Shown here: one piece after another, positions 1-12,724 of the stretch | Layout: each line of letters starts with the position of its first letter | How positions within the stretch are numbered: position 1 is the stretch's first letter | NCBI RefSeq assembly: GCF_009914755.1 | Contig: NC_060932.1 | Reading direction: 5' to 3' (one strand) | Origin: the human T2T-CHM13v2.0 reference genome, Homo sapiens | DNA length: 64,000 nucleotides | The notes under the pieces: generated by a model | What the model saw: the letters and a program-made list of their open reading frames with translations, nothing else | What the model was told of the DNA's origin: nothing | Database searches by the model: none | Translations under genes and position numbers: made by a program

Positions 1-1134
1 TTGTTTATATTTTTAAAGAACCAACTTTTTGGTTTATTGGTTTTTTGGTTTCAATTTCATTTAGTTATGTTCTGATCTTTGTTATTTCTTTTCTTCTGCT
101 AGCTTTGGGTTTGGTTTGTTCTTGTTTCTCTAGTTCCTTCAGATGTGACATTAGGTTATTAATTTGTAATCTTTCAGGCTATTTGATGCAAGCATTTAGA
201 CCTATAATTTTCCTCTTAGCACTGCTCTTGCTGTATTCTGAGGTTTTGAAACCTTGTGTCACTATTATTATTCATTTTGAATCATTTTTATATTTCCATT
301 TTGATTTCATTGCTACCGCAAAAATCATTCAGGAGCTGATTGCTTAATTTCCATGTATTTGTGTAGTTTTGAGGGTTCCATTTGAAGTTGATTTCTAGTT
401 TTATTCCATTGTGGTCTGAGAAGATACTTGATTTGATTTCAGTTTTAAAAAACTTAATGAGATTTGTTTTGTGGCATGTCATATGGTCTATCTTGGAGAA
501 TGTTCCATGTGTTAATGAGAAGAATGTATATTCTGCAATTCTTGGGTAGAATATTCTGTAAATATTATTAGGTCAATTTTTTTTATAGTGTAGATTAAGT
601 CCGGTGTTTCTTTGTTGACTTTCTGCCTCTATGATCTGTCTAGTGCTGTCAGTGGAGCATTGAAGTTCCCCACTATTATTGTGTTGCTATCTATCTGTTT
701 TCTTAGGTCTAGTGGTAACTGTTTTATGAATGTGGGAGCTCCAGAGTTAGGTGCACATATATTTAGGATTATAATGTCTTCTTGTGACCTTTTTTGCCCC
801 CCCTTTTTTTCTTACTATTATTGCTTTAGTCTGTTTTATCTGACATCAGAATAGCTACTCCTGCTTGCATTTAGCTTCCATTTGCATGGATTAACTTTTT
901 CCACCCCTTTACCTTGAGTTTATTAGAACCCTTACATTTAAGGTGATCTCTTGAAGACAGCAGATATTTGGCTGTGATTTTTTTAAAATCCATTCTGCCA
1001 ATCTGTATCTTTTAAGTGGAGCGTTTAGACAATTTACATTCAATGTTAATACTGAGATGTGTGTACTGTTCAGTCATCATGTTGATGTTGCCCAGATGCT
1101 TTGCTTTCTCCACTGTGCGGTTGTTTTATAGGTC

Positions 1135-3447
1135 TGTATTAGTCTGTTCTCACACTGCTAATAAAGACATACCTGTGACTGGGTAGTTTATAAAGGAAAG
1201 AGGTTTAATTGACTCACAGTTCAGCATGGCTGGGGAGGCCTCAGGAAGCTTACAGTCATGGGAGAAGGAAAAGAAAACATGTCCTTCCTCACATGGTGGC
1301 AACAAGGAGAAGTGCTGAGGATAATAGGGAAAAACACCTTATAAAACCATCAGATCTGGTAAGAACTGACTCACTATCATAAGAACAGCAGCATGGGGGT
1401 AACTGCCCCCATGATTCAATTACTTCCCACTGGGTCCCTCCCATGACACATAGGGATTATGGGAACTATAACTCGGGATTTGTGTGGAGACACAGCCAAA
1501 CCATATCATTCTGCCTCTAGCCCCTCCCAAATCTCATGTCCACATATTTCAAAACACAATCATGCCATCCTAACAGTCCCCCAAAGTCTTAACTCATTCC
1601 AACATTAACCCAAAAGTCCAAGTCCAAAGTCTCATCTGACAAGGCAAGTCCCTTCTGCCTATTAGCCTGTAAAATTGAAAGCAAGTTAATTACTTACTAG
1701 ATACAATGGGGATACAGACATTGGGTAAATACAACTATTCCAGATGGGAGAAATTGACCAAAACAAAGGGGATACAACCCCTTTCAAGTCTGAAATCTAA
1801 TAGGGCAGTCATTAAACCTTAAAGTTACAAAATGATCTCCTTTGACTCCATGTCTCACATCCAGGTCATGCTGATGCAGAAGGTGGACATCCATGGTCTT
1901 GGGCATCTCCACCCCTGTGACTTTGCAGGGTACAGCCCCTCTCCCAGCTGCTTTCACAGCTGGTGATGAGTGTCTGTGGTTTTCTAGGCGCATGGTGTAA
2001 GCTGTTGGTGAATCTAGCATTCTGGTATCTGGAGGACAGTGGCCCTCTTCTCACAGCTCCACTAGGCAGTGCTCCAGTGGGGCCTCTGTGTGGGGGCTAT
2101 GACACCACATTTCCCTTCCACATCACCCTAGCAGAGGTTCTCCATGAGGGCTCCATTCAAGCAGCAAACGTCTGCCTGGATATCCAGGTGTTTCCATACA
2201 TCCTCTGAAATCTAGGCAGAGCTTCCCAAACCCCAGTTCTTGACTTCTGTGCACCCGCAGGCCCAACACCACATGTAAGCCACCAGGGCTTTGTGCTTGC
2301 ACTCTCTGAAGCAACAGCCTGAGCTGTACTTAGCCTCCTTTTAGCCATAGCTGGAGCTGAAGCAGCTGGGATGCAGGGCATCATGTCTTGAGGCTGCATA
2401 GAGCATGGGGGCCCTGTACATGGCCCACAGAATCATTTTTCCCTCCTAGGCCTCTGGGCTTGTAATAGTAGGGGCTGCCATGAAGGTCTCTGACATGCCC
2501 TGGAGACATTTTTCCCGTTGTCTTGATGGTTGACATTTGGCCCCTTGTTACTTTTGCAAGTTTCTGCAGCTGGCTTGAATTTCTCCCACAAATTTTTTTT
2601 TCTATTGCATCATTAGGCTGTAAATTTTCCAAACTTTTATGCTCTGCTTCCTCTTGATCGCTTTGCCCCTTAGGAGTTTTTTCTGCCAAGTACGCTAGAT
2701 CATCTCTCTCAAGTTCAAAGTTACACAGATCTCTGGGGCAGGGGCAAAATGCCACCAGTCTCTTTGTGTACCAAGAGCCACCATTACTCCAGTTCCCAAC
2801 AAGTTCTTCATCTCCATCTGAGACCACCTCAGCCTGCACTTCATTGTTTATATCAGCATTTTGGTCAAAGCCATTCAACAAGTCCTAAAATATTCCAAAC
2901 TTCTCCACATCTTCCTGTCTTCTAAGCCCTCCAAATCTCTAGGAAGTTTTAAACTTTTCCACATTTTCCTGTCTTCTTCTGAGCTCTCAAAACTGTTCCA
3001 ACCTCTGCCTGTTACCTAGTTCCAAAGTCGCTTCCACATTTTCAGGTATCTTTACAGCAGCGCCCCATTCCCGTTACCAATTTACTGTATTAGTCCATTC
3101 TTGTGCTGCTAATAAAGACATACCCAAGACTGGGTAATTTATAAAGGAAAGAGATTTAATTGAGTCACAGTTCAGTGTGGCTGGGGAGGCCTCAGGAAAC
3201 TGACAGTAAGCAAACACATCCTTCTTCACATGGTGCCAGCAAGAAGTGCAGAGTGAAGTGGGGAAAACCTCCCTAGAAAACCATCAGATCTTGTGAGAAC
3301 TCACTCACTATCATGAGAATAGAAGCATGGGGGTAACTGCCCCCATGATTCAAATACCTCCCACCGGGTTCCTTCCACAGTGCATGGGGATTATGGGAAC
3401 TACAACTCAAGATGAGATTTGGATGGGGACACAGCCAAACCATACCA
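1135..3447 (-). mobile_element. Full-length THE1 (THE1C/D-like) MaLR provirus: 3' LTR 1135-1508, internal 1509-3085, 5' LTR 3086-3447
   Basis: Two homologous LTRs (TGTATTAGTC...CCAAACCATA(T/C)CA), ~1.58-kb internal region, perfect 5-bp TSD AGGTC (1130-1134 and 3448-3452). Remnant internal ORF 2381..2881(-). Confidence 0.95.
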
Positions 3448-6340
3448 AGGTCCTTGAGTTTTATGCTTTCAAGAGGTCTATTATGGAGCATATTGACCTA
3501 TTGTTTCAAGATTTAGAACTCCTTTTATCATTTGTTGTAGGGCTGGTGTGGTAGTGACAAACTCCTTCAGAATTTGGTTGTTTGAAAAAGACTATTTCTC
3601 CTTAATTTATGAAACTTAGTTTTGCTGGATACAAAATTCTTGGTTGATAGTTATTCTTTTTAAGAGGCTAAAGCGGACACCAACTCCTTCTGGCTTGTAA
3701 GGTTTCTGCTGAGAAGTCTCCTATTAGTCTGATAGGTTTTCCTTTATAAGTTTTCTGATACTGTTGTCTCACTGCTCTTAGAATTCTTTCCTTCATGTCT
3801 ACTTCTGAAGCCTGTTGGCCATATGCCTTGGTCATGCCCTTTTTTCAGTGACTCTCTTAGGAGTTCTTTGAGATTCTTGTATTTGGATACCTAAATCTCT
3901 AGCAAGGCCAAGGAACTTTTCCGCAATTATTCCATCAAATAAGTTTTCCAAACTTTTTGCTTTCTCTTCTCCCTCAGGAACACCAGTGATTCTTAGGTTT
4001 GGCCATTTTACATAATCCCATATTTCCTAGAGACTTTGTTCATTTCTTTTAATTCTTTTTTATTTCTATTTTTGTCTGATTGGGTTAATTCAAAAGCCTT
4101 GTCTTCAAGCTCTAAAATTCTTCTACTTGGTCTATTCTACTTTTTAAACTTTCCTCTGCATTTTGTAATTCCCCAAATGTGTCTTTAATTTCCAGAAGTT
4201 TTGATTGGTTTTCCTTTAAAATATCTATTTCTTTAGAGAATTTTTCATTCACATCCTGATTTTTTAAATAAAAAAATTATGTTGGTTTTTATCTTTCTCT
4301 TATATCTCCTCAAGTAGCTTAATAATCAACCTTTTGATTTTTTTTATCTGGTATTTCAAAGATTACTTCTTGGTTTGGATTCATTGCTGGAGAGCTACTG
4401 TGACCTTTTGGGGGTTGTTATATAACCCTGTTTCGTATTTCCAGAATCATTTTCTGGTTTCTTCTCTTTTGGATAGATAATTTTTTCTAATTATTCTTGA
4501 ATGTATTTTTGATTCTACTGTGTTTTCTTTTTTTTCCCTCTTGATGATGCGACTTTAGTATTTACAGTTTATTCTAGCCTAATGAAGCTCTTGGTGCTTT
4601 CAGGGGTGAAGACTCTGTATGAAATTCGTTGATTATAGATAGTCTTTGTATTATGGCTTTCTCAGATGTTGATTGTAGTAGCAATGTGTTCAGTGTGTGA
4701 GCAGGTTCATAGTCTCTTGTGGGGTTGAAATGGCAGAGGTCTCTTGAAGCTTATCTTATTCCCCAGTGATGTGCACATTTTAATTTATTTTTTTCCCCAG
4801 TATTTTACTTACTGGGTTGAAGAATTCAGGCTTCAGGCCAGTAGGGGAGGTGTCTGTGGGTAAAAAACCAGTGTGGCCAAAGCAGGTGGGTAAATGCAAT
4901 ACCCAGTGGTGGGCAGAGGTCCTAGCCTTGATAGAGGAGGCTGGGGGAGCTCTCAGTGAAACACAGTGAGTTCTCTGCAGGGGAAATTTAGGCAGCCACA
5001 TTAGCTTCCCAGCCAGGCCAGCAGGAAAGCAATCTACCTCCCAGTCATACTCCTGACCCAGTGTTCTAGCTATTCACATCAGACAGGTGCCTCTTTCCAT
5101 CTCCAAGAATGTTGATTCTCTAAGTAGATAGGGATTGTGACTCTACTCCTTGTGCAAGCCTGAACCTGGAGGGCACTCCTCCTGTGAGGAAGGAGTTACT
5201 CTGAACCATTTCAGAAAGGCTGTCTATAGGTGTACCCACACGAAGCTCCCATGAAAGAATCCCCAGCTGTATCTGCAATGGTGGATGAGGGGGAGAAGAA
5301 GTCCCCTTCTCCAAGACCCTTCATGAGTACCAGGGCTGCCCAAGTATTGGATAGAGCTGCAGACTTTCCCTGTGGAGTGCAGCACTTCACTTTTGCCTCT
5401 GCTGAAAGAAACTTCCCACAAGCAGAAAGTTCTGGGACTCAAGACCTGCCATCTGGATTCTTTTGTCCCATGGGGTGCTCCCTTGATGTGGTGCAGTCCC
5501 CCTTTCTGCAGGAATAGGAGTCCCTGAGGGCCAGATTACTGTGAATGATGCTGCTCCTCTTAGTTTAGCCACCCAGTGGGGCTGTCACACTCCAAGCTGG
5601 TGCTAGGGAATGTCTGCAAGGGTTCCAGTGATGTGAACTGTCCTCAAGTCTCTGAGCAGCAGGTACCAGCACTAGCTCTGATGCAGGTGGCAGGGGAGTG
5701 ACATAGACTCTGTGAGATCCTTTGGGTATACATAGCCTTAGTGTGTTGGCTTTCTCAAATGTTGGCTGTAGTAGTAATGAACTGGTCATGTGGACAGACC
5801 AGGACCTTCTCATTAGCTAGGGTGATGCAGGCAATGGTGAAAGCTGAGGTCATGCACAAGTTTTCTCTGGCCTGGGCGCTGTGTCATTTTAACTGCAGAT
5901 GGTGTAATGGACTGTGTTGGTTGGCTTCTAGTAGGTGGTGGCACTTGCAAAAGAGTGCCAGCTGTGGTGGTAGCAGTGGATTTTTTGTTGTTGTTGTTTC
6001 CATGAGCAAATATACAGATTTATTTTTTATTTATTTTTAAATTTTAAATTTTTATTTTAATAGATTTTAAGGGAACAGGTGGTGTTTTGTTACATGGATA
6101 TGTTCTTTAGTGGTGATATCTGAGATTTTGGTGCATCCATCACCCAAGCAGTATACACTACTACACTGAATGTGTATTCTTATTTCTCATCCCACTTCCA
6201 CCCTTTCCTTGGAGTTCCCAAAGTCCACTATATCATTCTTAGGCCTTTGCATCCTCATAGCTTTGCTCCCACTTATGAGTGAGAACGTACGATGTTTGCT
6301 TTTTTATTCCGGAGTTACTTAACTTAGAATAATGATCTCC

Positions 6341-6861
<521 letters not shown>

Positions 6862-7944
6862 TTACATATTTTTGCAATTGTGAGTTGTGCTGCCATAAAC
6901 GTGTGTGCATGTATCTTTTTCATATAATGACTTCTTTTTCTTTGGGTAGATAGCCAGTAATGGGATTGCTAGATCAAATGGTAGATCTACTTTTAGTTCT
7001 TTAAGGAATCTCCACACTGTTTTCCATAGTGGTTTTACTAGTTTACATTCCCACCAGCAGTGTAAAATTGCTCCTTTTTCACCACATCCATGCCAACATC
7101 TATTATTGGCACATAGCCACTGGTCTATGTGCCTATTTTTATACCAGTACCGTGCTGTTTTGGTGACTATGGCCTTATAGTATAGTCTGAAGCTGGGTAA
7201 TTTGATGCCTCAAGAACAATATGATTTATTCTTTTCGCTTAGCCTTGCTTTGGCTATGTAGGCTCTTTTTTGGTCCCATATAAATTTTAGGATTTTTTTT
7301 TCTAGTTTTGTGAAGAATGATGATAGTATTTTTCTTTGCTTTATGTTACCCAGGGGAGGTACTCAGACAATGGATTGGGACATAGAGCTCCCCAAAAGTT
7401 CCATCATTTGTGTTAAGCTACTAGGACACATGGAGGGGCAAAGCCAAGTCGTGGGCGCTGGGTCAGGCAAGTATGTGTTCTGGCTCTCCACGTGTGGGCA
7501 CAAGCAGTGGCTCCAGAGGGGATTGTAGGGCAGTTCTCTAGCTGCTGGGGTAATGTTCCAGGGAGGAGCACAACTGCCTCTGTTGTACAGAAGAGTCTTC
7601 ATGGGGAGTGGGGAGTAGCAGGTGACAGTAAGCCCTACTTAGCTCCTATGCACTTGGCAAGGCTGTTTTCACACTTGCAGTGTTCCACTAGCAGCAGCTA
7701 GCTAGTTTCCAGGCAGTCTGCATCAGGACTCAAAACTTCCCCAGGCCATAAGCTTTCTCCATGGAGACAGAAACCACTGTGCCCAGGCCATGCCCCTCCC
7801 AGCCTGCCCTAGAAGCAGGGGCACACTGCTTCTGTGCTTGTGGCTTCAGCCCACTTCCCACTCACCCCTCAGTTCTGGCCAAGGGAGTTCATCCGTACTT
7901 GAGATTATATTGTGAATCTTAACTGGGGGCTTCTCCCAACCTGT

Positions 7945-9362
7945 TGTGTCCGGAATTGGTGGGTTCTTGGTCTCACTGACTTCAAGAATGAAGCCGCGGA
8001 CCCTCGCAGTGAGTGTTACAGCTCTTAAGGTGGTGTGTCTGGAGTTTTTTCCTTCTGATGTTCGGAGTTTCTTCCTTCTGGTGGGTTCGTGGTCTCACTG
8101 GCTCAGGAGTGAAGCTGCAGACCTTCGCGGTGAGTGTTACAGCTCTTAAGGCAGCGCGTCTGGAGTTGTTCGTTCCCCCCAGTGGGCTTGTGGTCTCGCT
8201 GGCTTCAGGAGTGAAGCTGCAGACCTTCGTGGTGAGTGTTACAGCTCATAAAAGCAGTGTGGACCCAAAGAGTGAGCAGTGGCAAGATTTATTGCAAAGA
8301 CCGAAAGAACAAAGCTTCCACAGCGTGGAAGGGGACCCAAGTGGGTTGCCACTGCTGGCTCGGGCAGCCTGCTTTTATTCTCTTATCTGGCCCCACCCAC
8401 ATCCTGCTGATTGGTAGAGCCGAGTGGTCTGTTTTGACAGGGCGCTGATTGGTGCGTTTACAATCCCTGAGCTAGACACAAAGGTTCTCCATGTCCCCAC
8501 TAGATTAACTAGATACAGAGTGTCAATACAAAGGTTCTCCAAGGCCCCACCAGAGTAGCTAGATACAGAGTGTCAATTGGTGCATTCACAAACCCTGAGC
8601 TAGACACGGGTGCTGATTGGTGTGTTTACAAACCTTGAGCTAGATACAGAGTGCCGATTGCTGTATTTACAATCCCTGAGCTAGACATAAAGGTTCTCCA
8701 TGTCCCCACCAGACTCAGAAGCCCAGCTGGCTTCACCCAGTAGATCCCGCACCGGGGCTGCAGGTGGAGCTGCCTGCCAGTCCTGTGCTGTGCGCTCGCA
8801 CTCCTCAGCCCTTGGGTGGTCGATAGGACTGGGTGCCGTGGAGCAAGGGGTGGCACTCATTGGGGAGGCTCAGGCCACACAGGAGCCCATGGAGGGGGTG
8901 GGAGGCTCAGGCATGGCGGGCTGCAGGTCCCGAGCCCTGCCCCGCAGGAAGGCAGCTAAGGCTTGGTGAGAAATCGAGCGCAGCGCTGGTGGGCTGGCAC
9001 TTTTGGGGGACCAAGTACACCCTCCGCAGCCACTGGCCTGGGTGCTAAGTTCCTCATTGCCCAGGGCTGGCAGGGCTGGCCGGCTGCTCCAAGTGCGGGC
9101 CCGCCAAGCCCACGCCCACCCGGAACTCCAGCTGTTCCGCAAGCACCGCACGCAGTCCCGGTTGCCACTCGCGCCTCTCCCTCCACACCTCCCTGCAAGC
9201 TGAGGGAGTGGGCTCTGGCCTTGGCCAGCCCAGAAAGGGGCTCCCACAGTGCAGCGGTGGGCTGAAGGGCTCCTCAAGTGCCGCCAAAGTGGGAGCCCAG
9301 GCAGAGGAGGCACTGAGAGCGAGTGAGGGCTGTGAAGACTGCCAACATGCTGTCACCTCTCA
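7945..9362 (-). mobile_element. Solo LTR12C-like (ERV9) LTR
   Basis: Termini TGTGTCCGGAATTGGTGG...CTGTCACCTCTCA. Perfect 4-bp TSD CTGT (7941-7944 and 9363-9366). Repeated GTGAGTGTTACAGCTC U5 units and GAGCTAGA(C/T)ACA/CTGATTGG U3 units. Confidence 0.95.
8370..8700 (-). promoter_or_regulatory. ERV9 LTR promoter/enhancer: AATAAA TATA-like box, GATA site, repeated CCAAT (NF-Y) boxes
   Basis: Minus strand reads CCAGATAAGAGAATAAAAGC at ~8371-8390. CTGATTGG (=CCAATCAG) at ~8407, ~8445, ~8613. Matches known LTR12 promoter architecture; activity not shown. Confidence 0.7.
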
Positions 9363-9849
9363 CTGTGACCACTGCCTGTGTCAGCTGGCAGACTTCTGTG
9401 AGGTCCCTCCCCTGTGAGGTAGGATCAGGAATGGCTTCCCTCTATCTCTCCTGGAGACTGGGAATGCACACAAAGCATGTCTCAATGTTACTCTTTCTCA
9501 TATACTCCCTACTGCTCCCTATAACAGCTCCAGTGCTGTATAGGGTTAAGGCCTTCCCCTGTGCTTGGGTTGCCAGGTTCCCCAGTAGGAGTGTATATCC
9601 TGGAGGTAGTTTATCCCTCTCTCACATTCAGGGGACTTACGGTTTTCTGCCTGGCTCATGGTGTAGGCTGAAGCCTGCCACTTCATTCAAAGGGTCTGTG
9701 GTTTCTTTTAGTTTTCCTGTTAAGTTCCTGTATTGCTTCTTGGAGAAAAGTTCACAGTGTGAATCTCTGTGCACTATTTTGTCTTTCCAAATGGAAGAAG
9801 CATGCCACCAATAACTCCAATCTGCCATCTTGGAAAAAAATGTACATAT

Positions 9850-10200
9850 ATCAAGACGATATTTTCATTTCATTCTTTGAACATATTTTCTCTTAATTCC
9901 TTGAACATATTTAAAATAGCTGTCTGAAAGTCTTCTGTAAATCCAACACTTGCGGCATCTTGGGATTGGTTTCTATTGATTACTTTTTTAAAAAAAACTG
10001 TGGATCACATGTTCCTTTTTTCTTTGTGGATCTAGTCAATTTTTTATTGTATGAGGGACATTGTAGACAATATATTGCAGACACTCAAATCTGTTATTTT
10101 TCTCTGAAGAGTTTCATGTGTGTGTGTTTTGTTTGTTTAGAAGGCAGTAGAATTATTGGCTGATCACATTGAACTTAGATAGGCATGGTTTTATGCTTTG
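9850..10200 (-). mobile_element. Ancient L1M fragment
   Basis: Degenerate 'AATAGCTG..GAAAGTC..AATCCAACA..GGATTGGTTTCTATTGATT' typical of old L1M antisense. Confidence 0.5.
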
Positions 10201-10344
10201 CTGGAATGGTTCTGTGGAAAGCTCTAGGTGCTGCCTAAGCCCCTATAAATTACTAGGACTTAACTTACAAATTACTTCCTCTGAAGATCTTGTCAAGACT
10301 TAGTTCTAGGCTTTTCTTGGACTAGTTTAGTTTGTATTCATAGG

Positions 10345-10592
10345 GCAGTGTTTCTCTATCTTTTTTTTCATTACTATAAAAGAGATTTTTAAGACATTTT
10401 TTTCCCAGTTTTGCTCCCCCCTCCTCCATGAAGTTTTAATACCACAGATATAACTCTATATCTGTTTATGTACTGTGGTTCTTTGAAGAGGTACAAAGCA
10501 TTGTAATATCTAAGATTCTTTTTGCTCCCCGCCTCCCTGCCAAGAACTAATTTTCATCCGTTGGGGATGATATTCCCCTTGTTGCGAATGCA
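10345..10592. mobile_element. hAT-Charlie MITE (MER112-like)
   Basis: CAGTGTTTCTC start, internal 'CATGAAGTTTTAATACCACAGATATA...CTGTTTATGTACTGT', end 'GTTGCGAATGCAT'. Confidence 0.6.
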
Positions 10593-11269
10593 TTTTCTAT
10601 GGTGTGGTCCTAAGGTAAAGCCTTTCTGATATCTCTGCTGGATGCTCCAAAGATTAATAAGGTGTTCATGGGTTTTTTTTTTTTCTTCCCTGGCTGTGCC
10701 AGAATGCCAGTATCTTCCAACAATGCTCAAAATCTCATACATCTTTTATGTTTTTAATCCTATAGCAGCCACTCTATAAGCTTTGGGTAGTGCTGTCCTG
10801 CCCACGTACAGCCCATCTCTCAGCAATGTACTTGCAGGGGGCTCCTACACGGACTTTGAGGACCCCATGTTGCATGGTTTCTTCCTCTCTGGTGCCCTGC
10901 CCTGCATGTTTTAACTTTTAGCACTTTGAATTCTGCCTTCTTATCTCAGTAAGACTGCTGTCCTCTGCTTGGACTCTAGCTCACTTTACTGTGGTTGGGA
11001 GTTGTCCTGGCACAAAGAGATGGGAAATTGGGATTACTTTGTGAGTTTTTATTCTCTCAGAGATTGCAGTCTTACACTGCCCCCTTCCCAATGCCTGAAA
11101 ATAGTTGCCTGTTTTGCCCAGTTTTATGGTTCTGTGGTCATTTATGGAGGGACAGTACACCTATACCAATAACTACAGTTTCTCTGACTTCTTTTGGAAG
11201 CAGAAGTCCTCCTTCTACTACTTTCAATTCTCATCTGCACCTAGTACAGGTGATAAGCATTCTATCAGA

Positions 11270-11910
11270 ATTAGGACAATAATTTTCTAACAGGTCTTCT
11301 GATCTCCTTACTTTCAGCCTCCATACTACCTCCAGAGTGAACTTTTTGAAACACAAAAACACAAATCTCCTGTCATTCTCCTGTTTGGAACCCTTATTAG
11401 GCACTCCTTTATCCTTAGGATAAAGTTCAGTCCTTTAAAGTAGCTCACAGGTCCCCCTCTATGATCTTTCTTCCAGCTCTCTCTCCAGCCTTGGCTTTCA
11501 CTCTCGACCTTGAACCTTTGTGCATGTCATACTACTTTTTTCAGTTTGTCATATGTGCAGTGGTTTTACTTGCCTCCTTGCCTTTGCACATTTATTTTTC
11601 TTTTTCCGGAATTCCTACTCTGTCTCCCCACTTTACTTGGCTAACTCTTGCTAATCCTTTAGGTTGCAGCACAGATTTAACTTCTTCTGGTAGTCCTATA
11701 CCAGGATAGAGGCCCTGTTTTATGTTTCATACACTACCCTGGTGTCATTATTAACAGTTCTTTTTTTCTTTTCCTTACTTCCACAAGAAATAAGCTCTAT
11801 AAAGGCAGGGATTTTATTTGTCTTGTCCAGTGCTATATCCATAGTGCTTAGTACAATGCATGGTTCACAAGTAGGTATTCCATTAATATTTATTTATTGA
11901 ATGAATAAAT
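11270..11910 (+). mobile_element. L2 3' portion
   Basis: Ends 'AAGGCAGGGATTTT...GTGCTTAGTACAATGCATGG...ATTGAATGAATAAAT'. Confidence 0.7.
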
Positions 11911-12044
11911 AGAGATAGTGTTTATTCCCTTTTTCATATGATTGCTCTTTAAATATATAGGATAACTCTTGTGGGTTCCTTATGTCTTTACTTTTTGAGG
12001 CTACATATTCAGAGATCATAAAGGAAAGGTTTAAATATCTATAG

Positions 12045-12266
12045 CAGGAGTTGGCAAACTATGGCCCTGGGACCAGATCTGGCCTGCTCTCTGCTTTTGT
12101 AAATAAGGTTTTATTGAAATATAACCATACCAGTTTTTTTTTTCACATATTATCTATCTATGGCTGCTTTTGAACTACCATGGCAGAATTGCGTAGTTAG
12201 GATAGAGACATATGACCTAAAATATTTACTTTCTAGTCCTTTACAGAGAAAGTTTGCTGACCACTG
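12045..12266. mobile_element. MER58A hAT MITE
   Basis: TIRs CAGGAGTTGGCAAACT...AGTTTGCTGACCACTG; internal 'TTTTGTAAATAAGGTTTTATTG'. Confidence 0.85.
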
Positions 12267-12341
12267 GTCTACATGAAGTTTCCTATGCATCCTCAATTTA
12301 TTTAAATGAAGAAGCATAGGAAAGTATGCTAGAGTATATGT

Positions 12342-12724
12342 TGTAAGTGATATACTAGGCTAGTCTGAGGTCAGCAACTAACCTTAAAATCTTAGTGGCT
12401 TAACACAACACAGATTTATTTCTCTCTCATGCAAATTTCTTTGATGCTTGGACAATTTTCCAGTGTACTCCTCTCCGTATAGTGACTTAGAGATCCAGGC
12501 AGCTTCCATTTTGTGTTCCATCAAATCATCTATTTTCTTGATTTCCCTGGCGCAGGAAGAGGAAGCTAGAGGGCCTGCAATTCTTGGGACTGAAAGTGAC
12601 ACATAGAGCTTCTTCTCATAGCTCATTGGCCAGAAGTAGTCATATGGCCCTGCTTAGTGAAAGTTGGTTGGAAAGTAAGGAAAGACATATAAATATTTAA
12701 TGAGCGATGAGCATCTCTGCCATA
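12342..12724 (-). mobile_element. Old ERVL/MaLR solo LTR (MLT1/LTR33-like)
   Basis: 'AAAATCTTAGTGGCTTAACACAAC...CTCATTGGCCAGAAGTAGTCATATGGCC'. Confidence 0.6.

Noticed and set aside
8000-8700. Spaced direct repeats resembling a CRISPR-like array
   Set aside because: Known ERV9 U5/U3 tandem subrepeats; the intervening sequences are homologous to each other, not unique spacers.
8013-9417. Dense overlapping ORFs and a CpG-island-like region
   Set aside because: GC-rich LTR12C sequence has few stop codons; not a gene.
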